Assembly (NCBI GenBank): GCA_963664245.1
Contig: OY760934.1
Location: 165,604 to 229,603, forward strand
From: Bacteroidales bacterium
Lineage (GTDB): Bacteria > Bacteroidota > Bacteroidia > Bacteroidales > GCA-2711565
Length of the DNA: 64,000 nt
Reading direction: 5' to 3'
The stretch's first letter is position 1, and each line of letters begins with the position of its first letter. Of the stretch, positions 48,280 to 56,265 are shown piece by piece. The position numbers and the translations under genes were made by a program. Under the pieces are notes generated by a model. The model was not told the DNA's origin and made no database searches. It saw nothing but the letters and a program-made list of their open reading frames with translations.

Positions 48280-48717
48280 TTATTTAATTTCAATTTGCCG
48301 TGCAGGTTTTGTTTTAGCTTCCTCTTTTTTCGGGATATGTACTTTAAGGATCCCGCCTTCGTATTTTGCCGAAATTTTATCACTCTCAACAAAGCTTGGC
48401 AAAGTAAACGAACGGCTAAACGACTGATAGCTAAATTCCCTGCGGGTAAATTGTTGTCCTTCCTTGGTTTCATTATCCACTTGTTTTTCCGAAGAAATAC
48501 TGAGCAGGTTGTTGTTCAGATCGATGTTGAAATCTTTCTTTTCAAATCCCGGCGCAGCCATTTCAACTTCAAAAGCATCGTTATCCTCCTTGATGTTTAC
48601 CGAAGGTAGGGTAGTGTTTGTGTTTGAAAAATTGCGATTCGACCAGTCAAATAAATCATTATCAAAAAAGCGGTCGAATAAACTTGGAAACTGATTGCTA
48701 AATCTGATAAGTGACAT
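48280..48717 (-). CDS. Hsp20 / alpha-crystallin family small heat-shock protein
   Basis: 145 aa. It has an alpha-crystallin domain (PSVNIKEDNDAFEVEMAAPGFEKKDFNIDL...FTLP...I.AKYEGGILKVHIPK). Confidence 0.85.
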   Translation of the reverse strand: MSLIRFSNQFPSLFDRFFDNDLFDWSNRNFSNTNTTLPSVNIKEDNDAFEVEMAAPGFEKKDFNIDLNNNLLSISSEKQVDNETKEGQQFTRREFSYQSFSRSFTLPSFVESDKISAKYEGGILKVHIPKKEEAKTKPARQIEIK

Positions 48718-49001
48718 AACTTTTATCCTCCATACTTTTTAGTTAAACAATTGAATTTCGTTTTTTGTTTTTCAAAATAAATGCCAAAAAATGGGCCTCG
48801 ATTTTAGTTTTCTGAAATTCAATGATTTTTAGGAATATTTTTTCGAGAGTTGTTTCTTATGGTCTAGCAGTCAGTGTCATGATGACATTTTGAAGATTGT
48901 TTTGGTTGTCAAAATGACGTTTGAGAATCGGTTCTTATTTGTAAATAAAAACCGGTTCTCTGTCTTAATTAATGCTGTTTGCTGTATTCTATAATTGGAG
49001 G

Positions 49002-49502
49002 TTAGGCATTCTCTTCAATGTATTTGTCTAATGTTCCTTTTTTCTTCATCTTGATATATTTCTCTACATTCTTATCTTTTGGCATAAACTCTCTGTTTGC
49101 ATTATAAAATTCAATAACAGATTCAATACCTGCTTTACTTCCTTTAACCTTATTGTCAAAATCCTTGGTTTCAAGCGAATATTTTGCCCAGGCTCCCATA
49201 AAAATCATTAATAAATCAGGTGAAGAACTCATAAATGTTACAATTTCTTGTTTGATTTCGATATGCACATTCGGACTACCTGTTAACCATTTTAATAAAA
49301 ACGCATTCACTTCCTTTCTTTTATTGGTCTGTTCATTGAGTGGTGTTTTTAATAGCCATTTTACACCATTTATTACATCCTGTTCATAAGGAGCATAATC
49401 TTTGGCTTTTTTTAGTTTGTAATTTTTAGGAATTTCAAAGTCTTGGGTGAAAGCGCCAATGCTAATTGTTAAGGCAAATAGAAATAAAAATAATTTTTTC
49501 AT
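49002..49502 (-). CDS. Secreted hypothetical protein
   Basis: 166 aa with a signal peptide (LFLFLFALTISIGAFTQ) and no recognised domain. It shares an upstream element with the next gene. Confidence 0.5.
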   Translation of the reverse strand: MKKLFLFLFALTISIGAFTQDFEIPKNYKLKKAKDYAPYEQDVINGVKWLLKTPLNEQTNKRKEVNAFLLKWLTGSPNVHIEIKQEIVTFMSSSPDLLMIFMGAWAKYSLETKDFDNKVKGSKAGIESVIEFYNANREFMPKDKNVEKYIKMKKKGTLDKYIEENA

Positions 49503-49555
49503 GTTTTATAATATTTAAGTGTTACAATGTTTGTTATTAATTGCACCGTTTCTTT

Positions 49556-49606
49556 CCTGTCAACATCTGTTGTGCAATTGGGGAGTCATAAAAATCAAAT
49601 ATAATC
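49556..49606 (-). promoter_or_regulatory. Copy A of a shared ~51-bp upstream element containing a TAnnTTTG -7 box
   Basis: On the minus strand it reads GATTATATTTGATTTTTATGACTCCCCAATTGCACAACAGATGTTGACAGG. TATATTTG (49603-49596) matches the Bacteroidota -7 consensus, about 94 nt upstream of the ATG at 49502. Confidence 0.45.
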
Positions 49607-49691
49607 TTTTTTTAGATATGATAATAGAAGACAAGTTTACCTTTTATTTTTTATTCCGGAAAATGCTGAACGTATTTCTTCCTCTGACAAA

Positions 49692-50201
49692 TTAATACTT
49701 CCAGTTAACATACAAGGGCTTTTCCATCCAGGGAAATCTTATGGTGGAAAAAGAAAAAGGAATTTGGTTTATAAGCACATCATAAGCTCTTTGTTCAACG
49801 GTTAATTGCCAGCAATTTTCTTCTTCGGTTAACATACCCCCACGGATCAGCCAGCTTTCCCGGAAGACTTCTACGGATTGTTGATTAATGGGTTTCCAGT
49901 GATCAATAATGGACTTGATTAATCCTTCGGCTAGTTCTTCTTCCTGCGGTTTTAAATCAATGTGAAGGGGAACGTCTTCCGAAACGGGAAGCCCGCAAAT
50001 TATTTTATTAAGGAACAAGTCTGTTTGCATACTTTCCATTTTTCCGGTGGCTAGATATTGCAGATAGCAGACTGCTTTTTGCTGATCTTCTTTGGAGCGA
50101 AAAGCCTTTTCTTGCAATAAACCTAAGCGTTCAAAAAATGTGGGTAGAAAAGACTGGGTGATGACCAGCCCGGCATTGTTGATGAAAATTTTTTCGTTCA
50201 T
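49692..50201 (-). CDS. Stand-alone protein resembling the conserved C-terminal domain of contractile-injection-system (eCIS) tape-measure proteins
   Basis: 169 aa. NNAGLVITQSFLPTFFERLGLL...AVCYLQYLATG...LNKIICGLP...IDHWKP...FRESWLIRGGMLTEEENCWQLTVEQRAYDVLINQIPFSFSTIRFPWMEKPLYVNW matches my recollection of that domain's conserved blocks. This was not verified by search. Confidence 0.4.
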   Translation of the reverse strand: MNEKIFINNAGLVITQSFLPTFFERLGLLQEKAFRSKEDQQKAVCYLQYLATGKMESMQTDLFLNKIICGLPVSEDVPLHIDLKPQEEELAEGLIKSIIDHWKPINQQSVEVFRESWLIRGGMLTEEENCWQLTVEQRAYDVLINQIPFSFSTIRFPWMEKPLYVNWKY

Positions 50202-50249
50202 GATTTGTGTTTTAAGAATTCAAAAAAATATAACATAATATTTTTCTAT

Positions 50250-50299
50250 CCTGTTAATATTCGTCGTGCAATGGGGAGTCCTAAAACTCAAATATACGG
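50250..50299 (-). promoter_or_regulatory. Copy B of the shared upstream element with a TAnnTTTG -7 box
   Basis: On the minus strand it reads CCGTATATTTGAGTTTTAGGACTCCCCATTGCACGACGAATATTAACAGG. TATATTTG (50296-50289) lies about 88 nt upstream of the ATG at 50201. About 40 of 51 aligned positions are identical to copy A, counted by eye. Confidence 0.45.
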
Positions 50300-50444
50300 A
50301 AATTTTGGATGTGATGATAAAAGCTGGCGCGAGCTTCACCTATTTTGTTATCCTGTTTTTACAGAATATTCCAGAACCTTATTTTAGGTTTAATAGTGAC
50401 CATAGGGAATGCCAGGGAAACATTCCCTCAGAAATGGACGAACC

Positions 50445-50894
50445 TTATTTGGTTAGTTTCACATTTGTAGCTGCAGGGCCTTTCGGGCCGTTCTCAATTT
50501 CAAAATTGACAAGGTTGCCTTCCTTAATAGGATCAATTAAATTTTTGGCATGTACAAATACGCTTTCTTTTGAATCTTTGATCCGGATAAAGCCAAAGCC
50601 TTTGTCTTCGTTAAAAAAGCTAACGGTTCCATGTTTCACCGGGTCATCTTCCTGGGCCTCGCGTTTTGGTACACTGATTTCAATGTCTTCAATATTAACT
50701 TTTTCTTTTTTTGACGGATCGGGAGGGGTGGATGTCAGGTTTCCATTTTCATCCACATAGGCAATCATATCATCTAAACTGCCCGATTTTTCTTGCTCTT
50801 TGCGAGCCAGCCTCTTTTTTTCTTTGTCTTTTCTCTTTTTTTCCTGTTTGTTTCTTACGTTTTTTTTGTTAAATGTTTCTTGTGATCTTCCCAT
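50445..50894 (-). CDS. Cold-shock domain protein with a long Lys/Glu-rich N-terminal extension
   Basis: 149 aa. The C-terminal CSD is GTVSFFNEDKGFGFIRIKDSKESVFVHAKNL (RNP1/RNP2-like). The N-terminal ~80 aa are highly charged (KKNVRNKQEKKRKDKEKKRLARKEQEK). Confidence 0.85.
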   Translation of the reverse strand: MGRSQETFNKKNVRNKQEKKRKDKEKKRLARKEQEKSGSLDDMIAYVDENGNLTSTPPDPSKKEKVNIEDIEISVPKREAQEDDPVKHGTVSFFNEDKGFGFIRIKDSKESVFVHAKNLIDPIKEGNLVNFEIENGPKGPAATNVKLTK

Positions 50895-50914
50895 AAATTA
50901 TTTAAGATTTTTTA

Positions 50915-52042
50915 TTAGTACTCGTTTTTCTGCCCTATTAAGGGATTTATATTTTTAAGTTGTTGTTCAAGCTTTATTTTAGCTTGTAAAAATTCATCTT
51001 TGAGTTCCTGGAATATATTTTTTACCGAAGTAATTATCTTGATTTTTCCGGCATTAGCCCCGCAAAAAGCAAACCCATCATTCATGTTGCCATGATAAGC
51101 AGCGTTTAAAGCATTTGCAATGCAATACGAAGTGGTTTTTGGGTTGCACGATCTTATACAATGAAAAGGACAAACCGCAGGGCGGCGAAGCCCAAGGTTG
51201 GTTTCGTTGAGAAAGTTGTTGAAGATGGCCCGGCCGGGCAATCCAACAGGGCTTTTTATAATCTGGATATCTCCTTTTTTTATGTCGATAAAAGCCTTTT
51301 TAAATTCAGGTGATGCATCGCATTCTTCGGTGGCTATAAAACGGGTTCCCAACTGAACTCCGGCCGCTCCTTTTTCCATGATCTGAAAAGCATCATCGCC
51401 ACTATGAATACCCCCGGCCGCAATAACCGGAATGTCTTTGTTGAACCTTTCTTTCATCCTTTTGGTTACTTCCAGTACATTGCCCAGGATGTTTTCCAAT
51501 TGATTGTTTTCATCCTGGAGCTCATTGGCTTTAAATCCAAGATGTCCTCCGGCTTTTGGTCCTTCAACGACAAAAGCGTCGGGTAAATAGTTGAAATTTT
51601 GCATCCATTTTTCGCAAATAATTGAGGCTGCCCGTGAAGACGATACAATAGGAACCAGCTTTGTTTTGATCCCTTTTCCCAAATATTTGGGGAGATCCAA
51701 GGGTAATCCTGCTCCGGCAAAGATAATATCAATCTTTTCTTCGATGGAGGTTTTTACCATGTCCGAAAAATTGGTCAGCACCGACATGATGTTGACGGCA
51801 ATAACCCCCATGCTCATTTTTCGGGCTTTTTGTATTTCCTGGCGCAGGGTTTCAATATGGTTCAAACGGATATTTATGTTTTGATTTCGGTTTGTTAACC
51901 CAATGGCTACCGTAGAAATGGTACCGATACCCCCCATATTTGCAACAGCCGATGCCAGTCCTGACAATGAAATACCAACGCCCATGCCTCCCTGAATAAT
52001 AGGAATGCGAATTTTGAGGTCGCCAATGTTAAATGATTTCAA
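50915..52042 (-). CDS. Nitronate monooxygenase / FabK-like FMN-dependent enoyl reductase family protein
   Basis: 375 aa. PIIQGGMGVGIS, VVEGPKAGGHLG and IPVIAAGGI are NMO/NPD (FabK-type TIM barrel) motifs. An unusual Cys-rich C-terminal insert (CPFHCIRSC) is present. Confidence 0.7.
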   Translation of the reverse strand: MKSFNIGDLKIRIPIIQGGMGVGISLSGLASAVANMGGIGTISTVAIGLTNRNQNINIRLNHIETLRQEIQKARKMSMGVIAVNIMSVLTNFSDMVKTSIEEKIDIIFAGAGLPLDLPKYLGKGIKTKLVPIVSSSRAASIICEKWMQNFNYLPDAFVVEGPKAGGHLGFKANELQDENNQLENILGNVLEVTKRMKERFNKDIPVIAAGGIHSGDDAFQIMEKGAAGVQLGTRFIATEECDASPEFKKAFIDIKKGDIQIIKSPVGLPGRAIFNNFLNETNLGLRRPAVCPFHCIRSCNPKTTSYCIANALNAAYHGNMNDGFAFCGANAGKIKIITSVKNIFQELKDEFLQAKIKLEQQLKNINPLIGQKNEY

Positions 52043-52290
52043 TTTTTTTGATATTAGATATTAAATGAAAAAATAGATGCTAAAAAGACAGGACATAAAA
52101 AAGGATATGGAAACAGAAATGTGAGGCATCCATTCTTAAACCGGAATTTTGTGTAAAGGTACGCTAAATTTACGGGTAAAAAACAATTAGCTGCGAATTA
52201 GGGGATAAAGTTTTTCAGATTAGTAATTTTTTTAATTTTCACCTTTGTTAAATTAGTGTTAAAGCAAATACGTTTTTTGTCTTTAATCTA

Positions 52291-52298
52291 TATATTTG
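52291..52298 (+). promoter_or_regulatory. Candidate -7 promoter box for the beta-propeller cluster
   Basis: TATATTTG matches the Bacteroidota TAnnTTTG -7 consensus, 35 nt upstream of the ATG at 52333. I found no convincing -33 element. Confidence 0.3.
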
Positions 52299-52332
52299 AT
52301 TCCAGTGATAACCTAATTTAAAAGATTTAGCT

Positions 52333-53550
52333 ATGAAAAAGAATCTCTTTTTTATTGTCTCCCTGTTATTTTCAATAACCCTTTTCTCGCAAAATATAAG
52401 CCAATGGCGGGGCAAAAACCGTGATGGAAAATACCCGGATAAAAACTTGTTAAAAGAATGGCCCGCCGAAGGGCCTAAATTACTTTGGCATTTTGATGAG
52501 TTGGGTGAGGGGCATAGCTCGGTTGCTCCTTGGGAGAATTATATTTTTATTTCAGGAACCATTGATGGAAACGGCTACATTTTTAAGTTTACAGTGGATG
52601 GAAATCTGGTGTGGAAAAAATCGTACGGTAAAGAATGGGTGGAAAGCTGGCCCGGTGTGCGTTCAACGCCTCTTATTGTTGATGGACAATTGTACATGTT
52701 AACGGGCTTTGGTAAGTTGTTTTCGATGAATGCCGATGATGGAAGTATTGACTGGACTGTTCAAATCACGGATGCTTATGATGCCCCAAACATCAGGTGG
52801 GCCTTTTGTGAGAACCTTGCCGTGGATGGGGATAAACTGTTTGTTACGGCAGGTGGCAAAGAGGCAAATGTGTTAGCATTAAATAAAAACGACGGCTCGT
52901 TAATATGGAAAAGCCAGGCTTTGGGCGAAAAAAGTGCTTATGGGTCGCCCGCACTTATTACGCATAACAGACGTAAATTATTGGTGGCACATACCGAGTT
53001 TTCAGTTATCGGACTGGATGCCGGAACCGGGGAGTTTTTATGGTCGCACGAGAAGAAAAACCGATGGTCGGTTCACCCGAACACACCGCTTTATCACGAT
53101 GGACAGATATATGTTGTCAGTGGTTACGGCTCTGGCGGAAAGATCCTGAAATTAAATGAAGATGGAAGTCAGGTAACCCAAGTTTGGGAAAATATTTCGC
53201 TGGATAACCAAATGGGAGGCGTTGTTTTGTTGGATGGCTATTTATACGGTGGCGGACATAACAGCCGCAGCTTTTTTGTCCTGGACTGGAAAAGCGGTGA
53301 AGAAGTTTTTTCAACTCAGGAAATAGGTGCCGGAAATATTATTTATGCCGATGGACTGCTTTATTTTTATGATGAAAAAAAAGGCGTGGTAAACCTGATT
53401 CAACCCGCTGCCGGAAACACTAAAATAATCAGCAAATTTAAAGTGCCTTACGGATCAGCTCAACATTGGGCACATTTGGTAATTAATAATCAAAGATTAT
53501 ATGTCAGGCATGGAAATTCGTTAATGGTATATTCCATTGCAGCCGACTAA
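52333..53550 (+). CDS. Secreted PQQ-like (BamB-type) beta-propeller repeat protein, tandem paralogue 1
   Basis: 405 aa with a signal peptide (LFFIVSLLFSITLFSQ). It has the N-terminal motif SQWRGKNRDGKYPDKNLLKEWPAEGPKLLW and repeated blade signatures (DG.L.W, G.LY). The C-terminus is HLVINNQRLYVRHGNSLMVYSI. Confidence 0.8.
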   Translation: MKKNLFFIVSLLFSITLFSQNISQWRGKNRDGKYPDKNLLKEWPAEGPKLLWHFDELGEGHSSVAPWENYIFISGTIDGNGYIFKFTVDGNLVWKKSYGKEWVESWPGVRSTPLIVDGQLYMLTGFGKLFSMNADDGSIDWTVQITDAYDAPNIRWAFCENLAVDGDKLFVTAGGKEANVLALNKNDGSLIWKSQALGEKSAYGSPALITHNRRKLLVAHTEFSVIGLDAGTGEFLWSHEKKNRWSVHPNTPLYHDGQIYVVSGYGSGGKILKLNEDGSQVTQVWENISLDNQMGGVVLLDGYLYGGGHNSRSFFVLDWKSGEEVFSTQEIGAGNIIYADGLLYFYDEKKGVVNLIQPAAGNTKIISKFKVPYGSAQHWAHLVINNQRLYVRHGNSLMVYSIAAD

Positions 53551-53685
53551 TTTTATGTCTATAAATAAATATTATTACCATAAGCTTTTTTGCTGTTGGT
53601 AGATAACAGATTAACTTATTGGGTATTTCAATTAAAAAATGTTTTTTTTGCAATGCCAACAATTGAACTTAATTAAATAAATAGT

Positions 53686-54933
53686 ATGAAAAAAACAACT
53701 TTAGTAGCCATCGTGATTATGTTTGCTGCAACGATTAATGCACAGGTTATTGATGAATTTAGAGGTCTTGGAAGAACCGGTGTTTTCCCGGAAAAAAAAT
53801 TGTTGGAACAATGGCCTGCAGAAGGGCCTGAAATGCTTTGGTCAGTTGAGAAACTCCCGCAGGGGCATTCTTCCATGACCATTGCCTATAATACCATTTA
53901 CTTGACCGGCACTATTGATACCCTCGATTATGTGGTTGCACTGGATATGAACGGCAATTTGAAATGGCAAAAACCCTATGGCCGTGCCTGGAATAAATCT
54001 TTTCCCCGGAGCCGTTGTACTCCGACCATTGAAAATAAACGATTATATATTTCCAGTGGAATAGGTGATTTGGCTTGTGTGGATGCCATGAATGGTGACA
54101 TGATCTGGCAACTAAAGGCTTCCGATAAATTTGCAGGAAGCTATGGTCCTTGGGGAATTGCCGAGTCTCTCATTGTAAAAGGAGAGAAATTGTTTTTTAC
54201 TCCCGGAGGAAATGAAACCACTATGGTTGCCTTGAATAAAAATACCGGGGAAACCATCTGGAAATCGGAAAGCTTGAAAGATAATCCGTCCTACACTTCC
54301 CCCTTGTGGATTGAAGATGGCGATAAGAAACAAATTGTAAATGTTAGCCAGAATTATATTTTTGGGGTGAATCCCGATGATGGAACTATTGTTTGGAAAT
54401 TCTCATACGGTGAGTATGCAGGCCCACCATATCATTCGAACATCAATGCCAATACTCCGCTTTTTTATAAAAATGCTTTGTTTGTTACCAATGGTTACAA
54501 TCATACAAACCTCATGCTTGAGTTGGACAATGCCTGGAAAAATGTAATTCTAAAATGGAAGACTGATGACTTGGATACGCATCATGGAGGGGTAGTCAAA
54601 GTTGGGGGATATATTTACGGCTCAAACTGGATCAATAACGGGATGGGAAATTGGGTCTGTCTTGACTGGGAAACCGGAGAACTGAAATATGAAACCAAAT
54701 GGTTTAACAAAGGGCCTATTATTACTGCCGATGGAATGTTGTATTGTTACGATGAAAAATTCGGGAACATTGGAATAGCAAAGGCTACACCCGATGAATT
54801 TAAAGTCATTAGTTCAATGAAAATTACCTTGGGAGAAAAAGGGCCGTTTTGGTCGCACCCGGTAATTAAAGACGGTATTTTATATGTTCGTCACTTAGAT
54901 GCTGTTATGGCTTTTGATATTGCTGGTGAATAA
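53686..54933 (+). CDS. Secreted PQQ-like beta-propeller repeat protein, tandem paralogue 2
   Basis: 415 aa with a signal peptide. It has EFRGLGRTGVFPEKKLLEQWPAEGPEMLW and a C-terminus HPVIKDGILYVRHLDAVMAFDI. It aligns with paralogue 1 by eye. Confidence 0.8.
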   Translation: MKKTTLVAIVIMFAATINAQVIDEFRGLGRTGVFPEKKLLEQWPAEGPEMLWSVEKLPQGHSSMTIAYNTIYLTGTIDTLDYVVALDMNGNLKWQKPYGRAWNKSFPRSRCTPTIENKRLYISSGIGDLACVDAMNGDMIWQLKASDKFAGSYGPWGIAESLIVKGEKLFFTPGGNETTMVALNKNTGETIWKSESLKDNPSYTSPLWIEDGDKKQIVNVSQNYIFGVNPDDGTIVWKFSYGEYAGPPYHSNINANTPLFYKNALFVTNGYNHTNLMLELDNAWKNVILKWKTDDLDTHHGGVVKVGGYIYGSNWINNGMGNWVCLDWETGELKYETKWFNKGPIITADGMLYCYDEKFGNIGIAKATPDEFKVISSMKITLGEKGPFWSHPVIKDGILYVRHLDAVMAFDIAGE

Positions 54934-54982
54934 TTTGCTATTCGTTAATTCAAATTAACCATTTGCATATCTGATTGTTAAT

Positions 54983-55032
54983 ATAAGTAATTAGGTTAAG
55001 ATATTCGTTACTTATTAATCCTTAACCTAATT
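54983..55032 (+). promoter_or_regulatory. Nested, mutually exclusive inverted repeats immediately upstream of paralogue 3
   Basis: There is a perfect 12-bp repeat AATTAGGTTAAG (54989-55000) / CTTAACCTAATT (55021-55032). There is also a perfect 8-bp repeat ATAAGTAA (54983-54990) / TTACTTAT (55008-55015) whose loop contains the first arm of the 12-bp repeat. The ATG is at 55036. Confidence 0.4.
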
Positions 55033-55035
55033 ATC

Positions 55036-56253
55036 ATGAAAAAAACTTTTTTAGCTTTGATATTACTTTTTGTAATACATACACAGCAAATGGTTGCTCA
55101 GGACGTGAGCCAGTGGCGAGGTCCCGAACGTAACGGGTTCTTTCCCGATAAAGGCTTGTTAAAATCGTGGCCGGCCGAAGGTCCCGAACTATTATGGAGA
55201 TACGATGGCCTCGGCCTCGGATATTCTACTGTAGCCATTGCAAATAATCAAATTTATACGGCTGGAACCATCGATAGTATAAATTATATTTTTTCCTTTA
55301 ATTTTGATGGTAGACTGAATTGGAAGAAAAAACTCGGCTCCGGATGGATGGTGAATTATCCGGGGGTTCGTGCCACCCCCGTTATATACAAAGGATTAGG
55401 GTATTTGAGAAATGGATTTGGCGTAGTCTATTGTTTTGATGCTAGTAACGGGAATATTGTTTGGGAGAAAGATGTAGATAAAGAATTTGATGGGAAATAT
55501 TGCACTTTTGGTGTTTCAGAAAGTGTTATTGTTGACGAAAATTACTTGTATTGTGTTCCCGGCGGTAAGGACGCTAATCTGCTGGCTTTGGACAGAAAAA
55601 CCGGTGATTTCGTTTGGAAATCGTCTGGGAACGGAGAACCCAATACGTACTCATCTCCGGTATTATTTGAAAGAGGCGGAAATAAATATATTGCCGTACT
55701 TACCACTTCTTCTCTTTTTGCGGTGAATACCCAAAACGGTGAATTAGCCTGGAAACATGATCTTGGATCAAAACAATGCTCAAATACGCCAATTTATAAA
55801 GATGGAATTATTTATGTTTCATTGAGCGAAAAGGGCATTGCCTTAAAGTTGAACGAAGATGGTTCAGTTTATCACCCTCTTTGGGAAAATAATGATTTCA
55901 TGATTTTTCAGGGAGATGCTGTTCTGGTTGGTGAAAGACTTTACGCGCATACTGGCAAGTATCGGACCTTACGTTGTATCAACTGGAAAACGGGAAAAGA
56001 AATTTTTTCTGAAAAATTGGACCCAAAATTCCAAATTGCTTCTTTGGTTTTTGCCGACAACAGGCTTTATTGGTATTCTTATCTCGGGAACATGAGATTA
56101 TTTTCGGTTGATAATAACAAATTTGTACAAAAAGGATCGTTTGATTTACCCGTTGAATTAAAAAATCATTGCTCTTATATGGTGATCCATGATGGGAAAC
56201 TGTTTGTGAGGTATCAAGATACCTTATTGGTTTATAATATTTCTAACAATTAA
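55036..56253 (+). CDS. Secreted PQQ-like beta-propeller repeat protein, tandem paralogue 3
   Basis: 405 aa with a signal peptide. It has SQWRGPERNGFFPDKGLLKSWPAEGPELLW and a C-terminus MVIHDGKLFVRYQDTLLVYNI. Confidence 0.8.
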   Translation: MKKTFLALILLFVIHTQQMVAQDVSQWRGPERNGFFPDKGLLKSWPAEGPELLWRYDGLGLGYSTVAIANNQIYTAGTIDSINYIFSFNFDGRLNWKKKLGSGWMVNYPGVRATPVIYKGLGYLRNGFGVVYCFDASNGNIVWEKDVDKEFDGKYCTFGVSESVIVDENYLYCVPGGKDANLLALDRKTGDFVWKSSGNGEPNTYSSPVLFERGGNKYIAVLTTSSLFAVNTQNGELAWKHDLGSKQCSNTPIYKDGIIYVSLSEKGIALKLNEDGSVYHPLWENNDFMIFQGDAVLVGERLYAHTGKYRTLRCINWKTGKEIFSEKLDPKFQIASLVFADNRLYWYSYLGNMRLFSVDNNKFVQKGSFDLPVELKNHCSYMVIHDGKLFVRYQDTLLVYNISNN

Positions 56254-56265
56254 AAGCATATAGTC

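Noticed and set aside
50266-50760. 164-aa plus-strand ORF
   Set aside because: It overlaps the cold-shock gene on the opposite strand. It begins inside the shared upstream element of the neighbouring gene and has no recognisable features.
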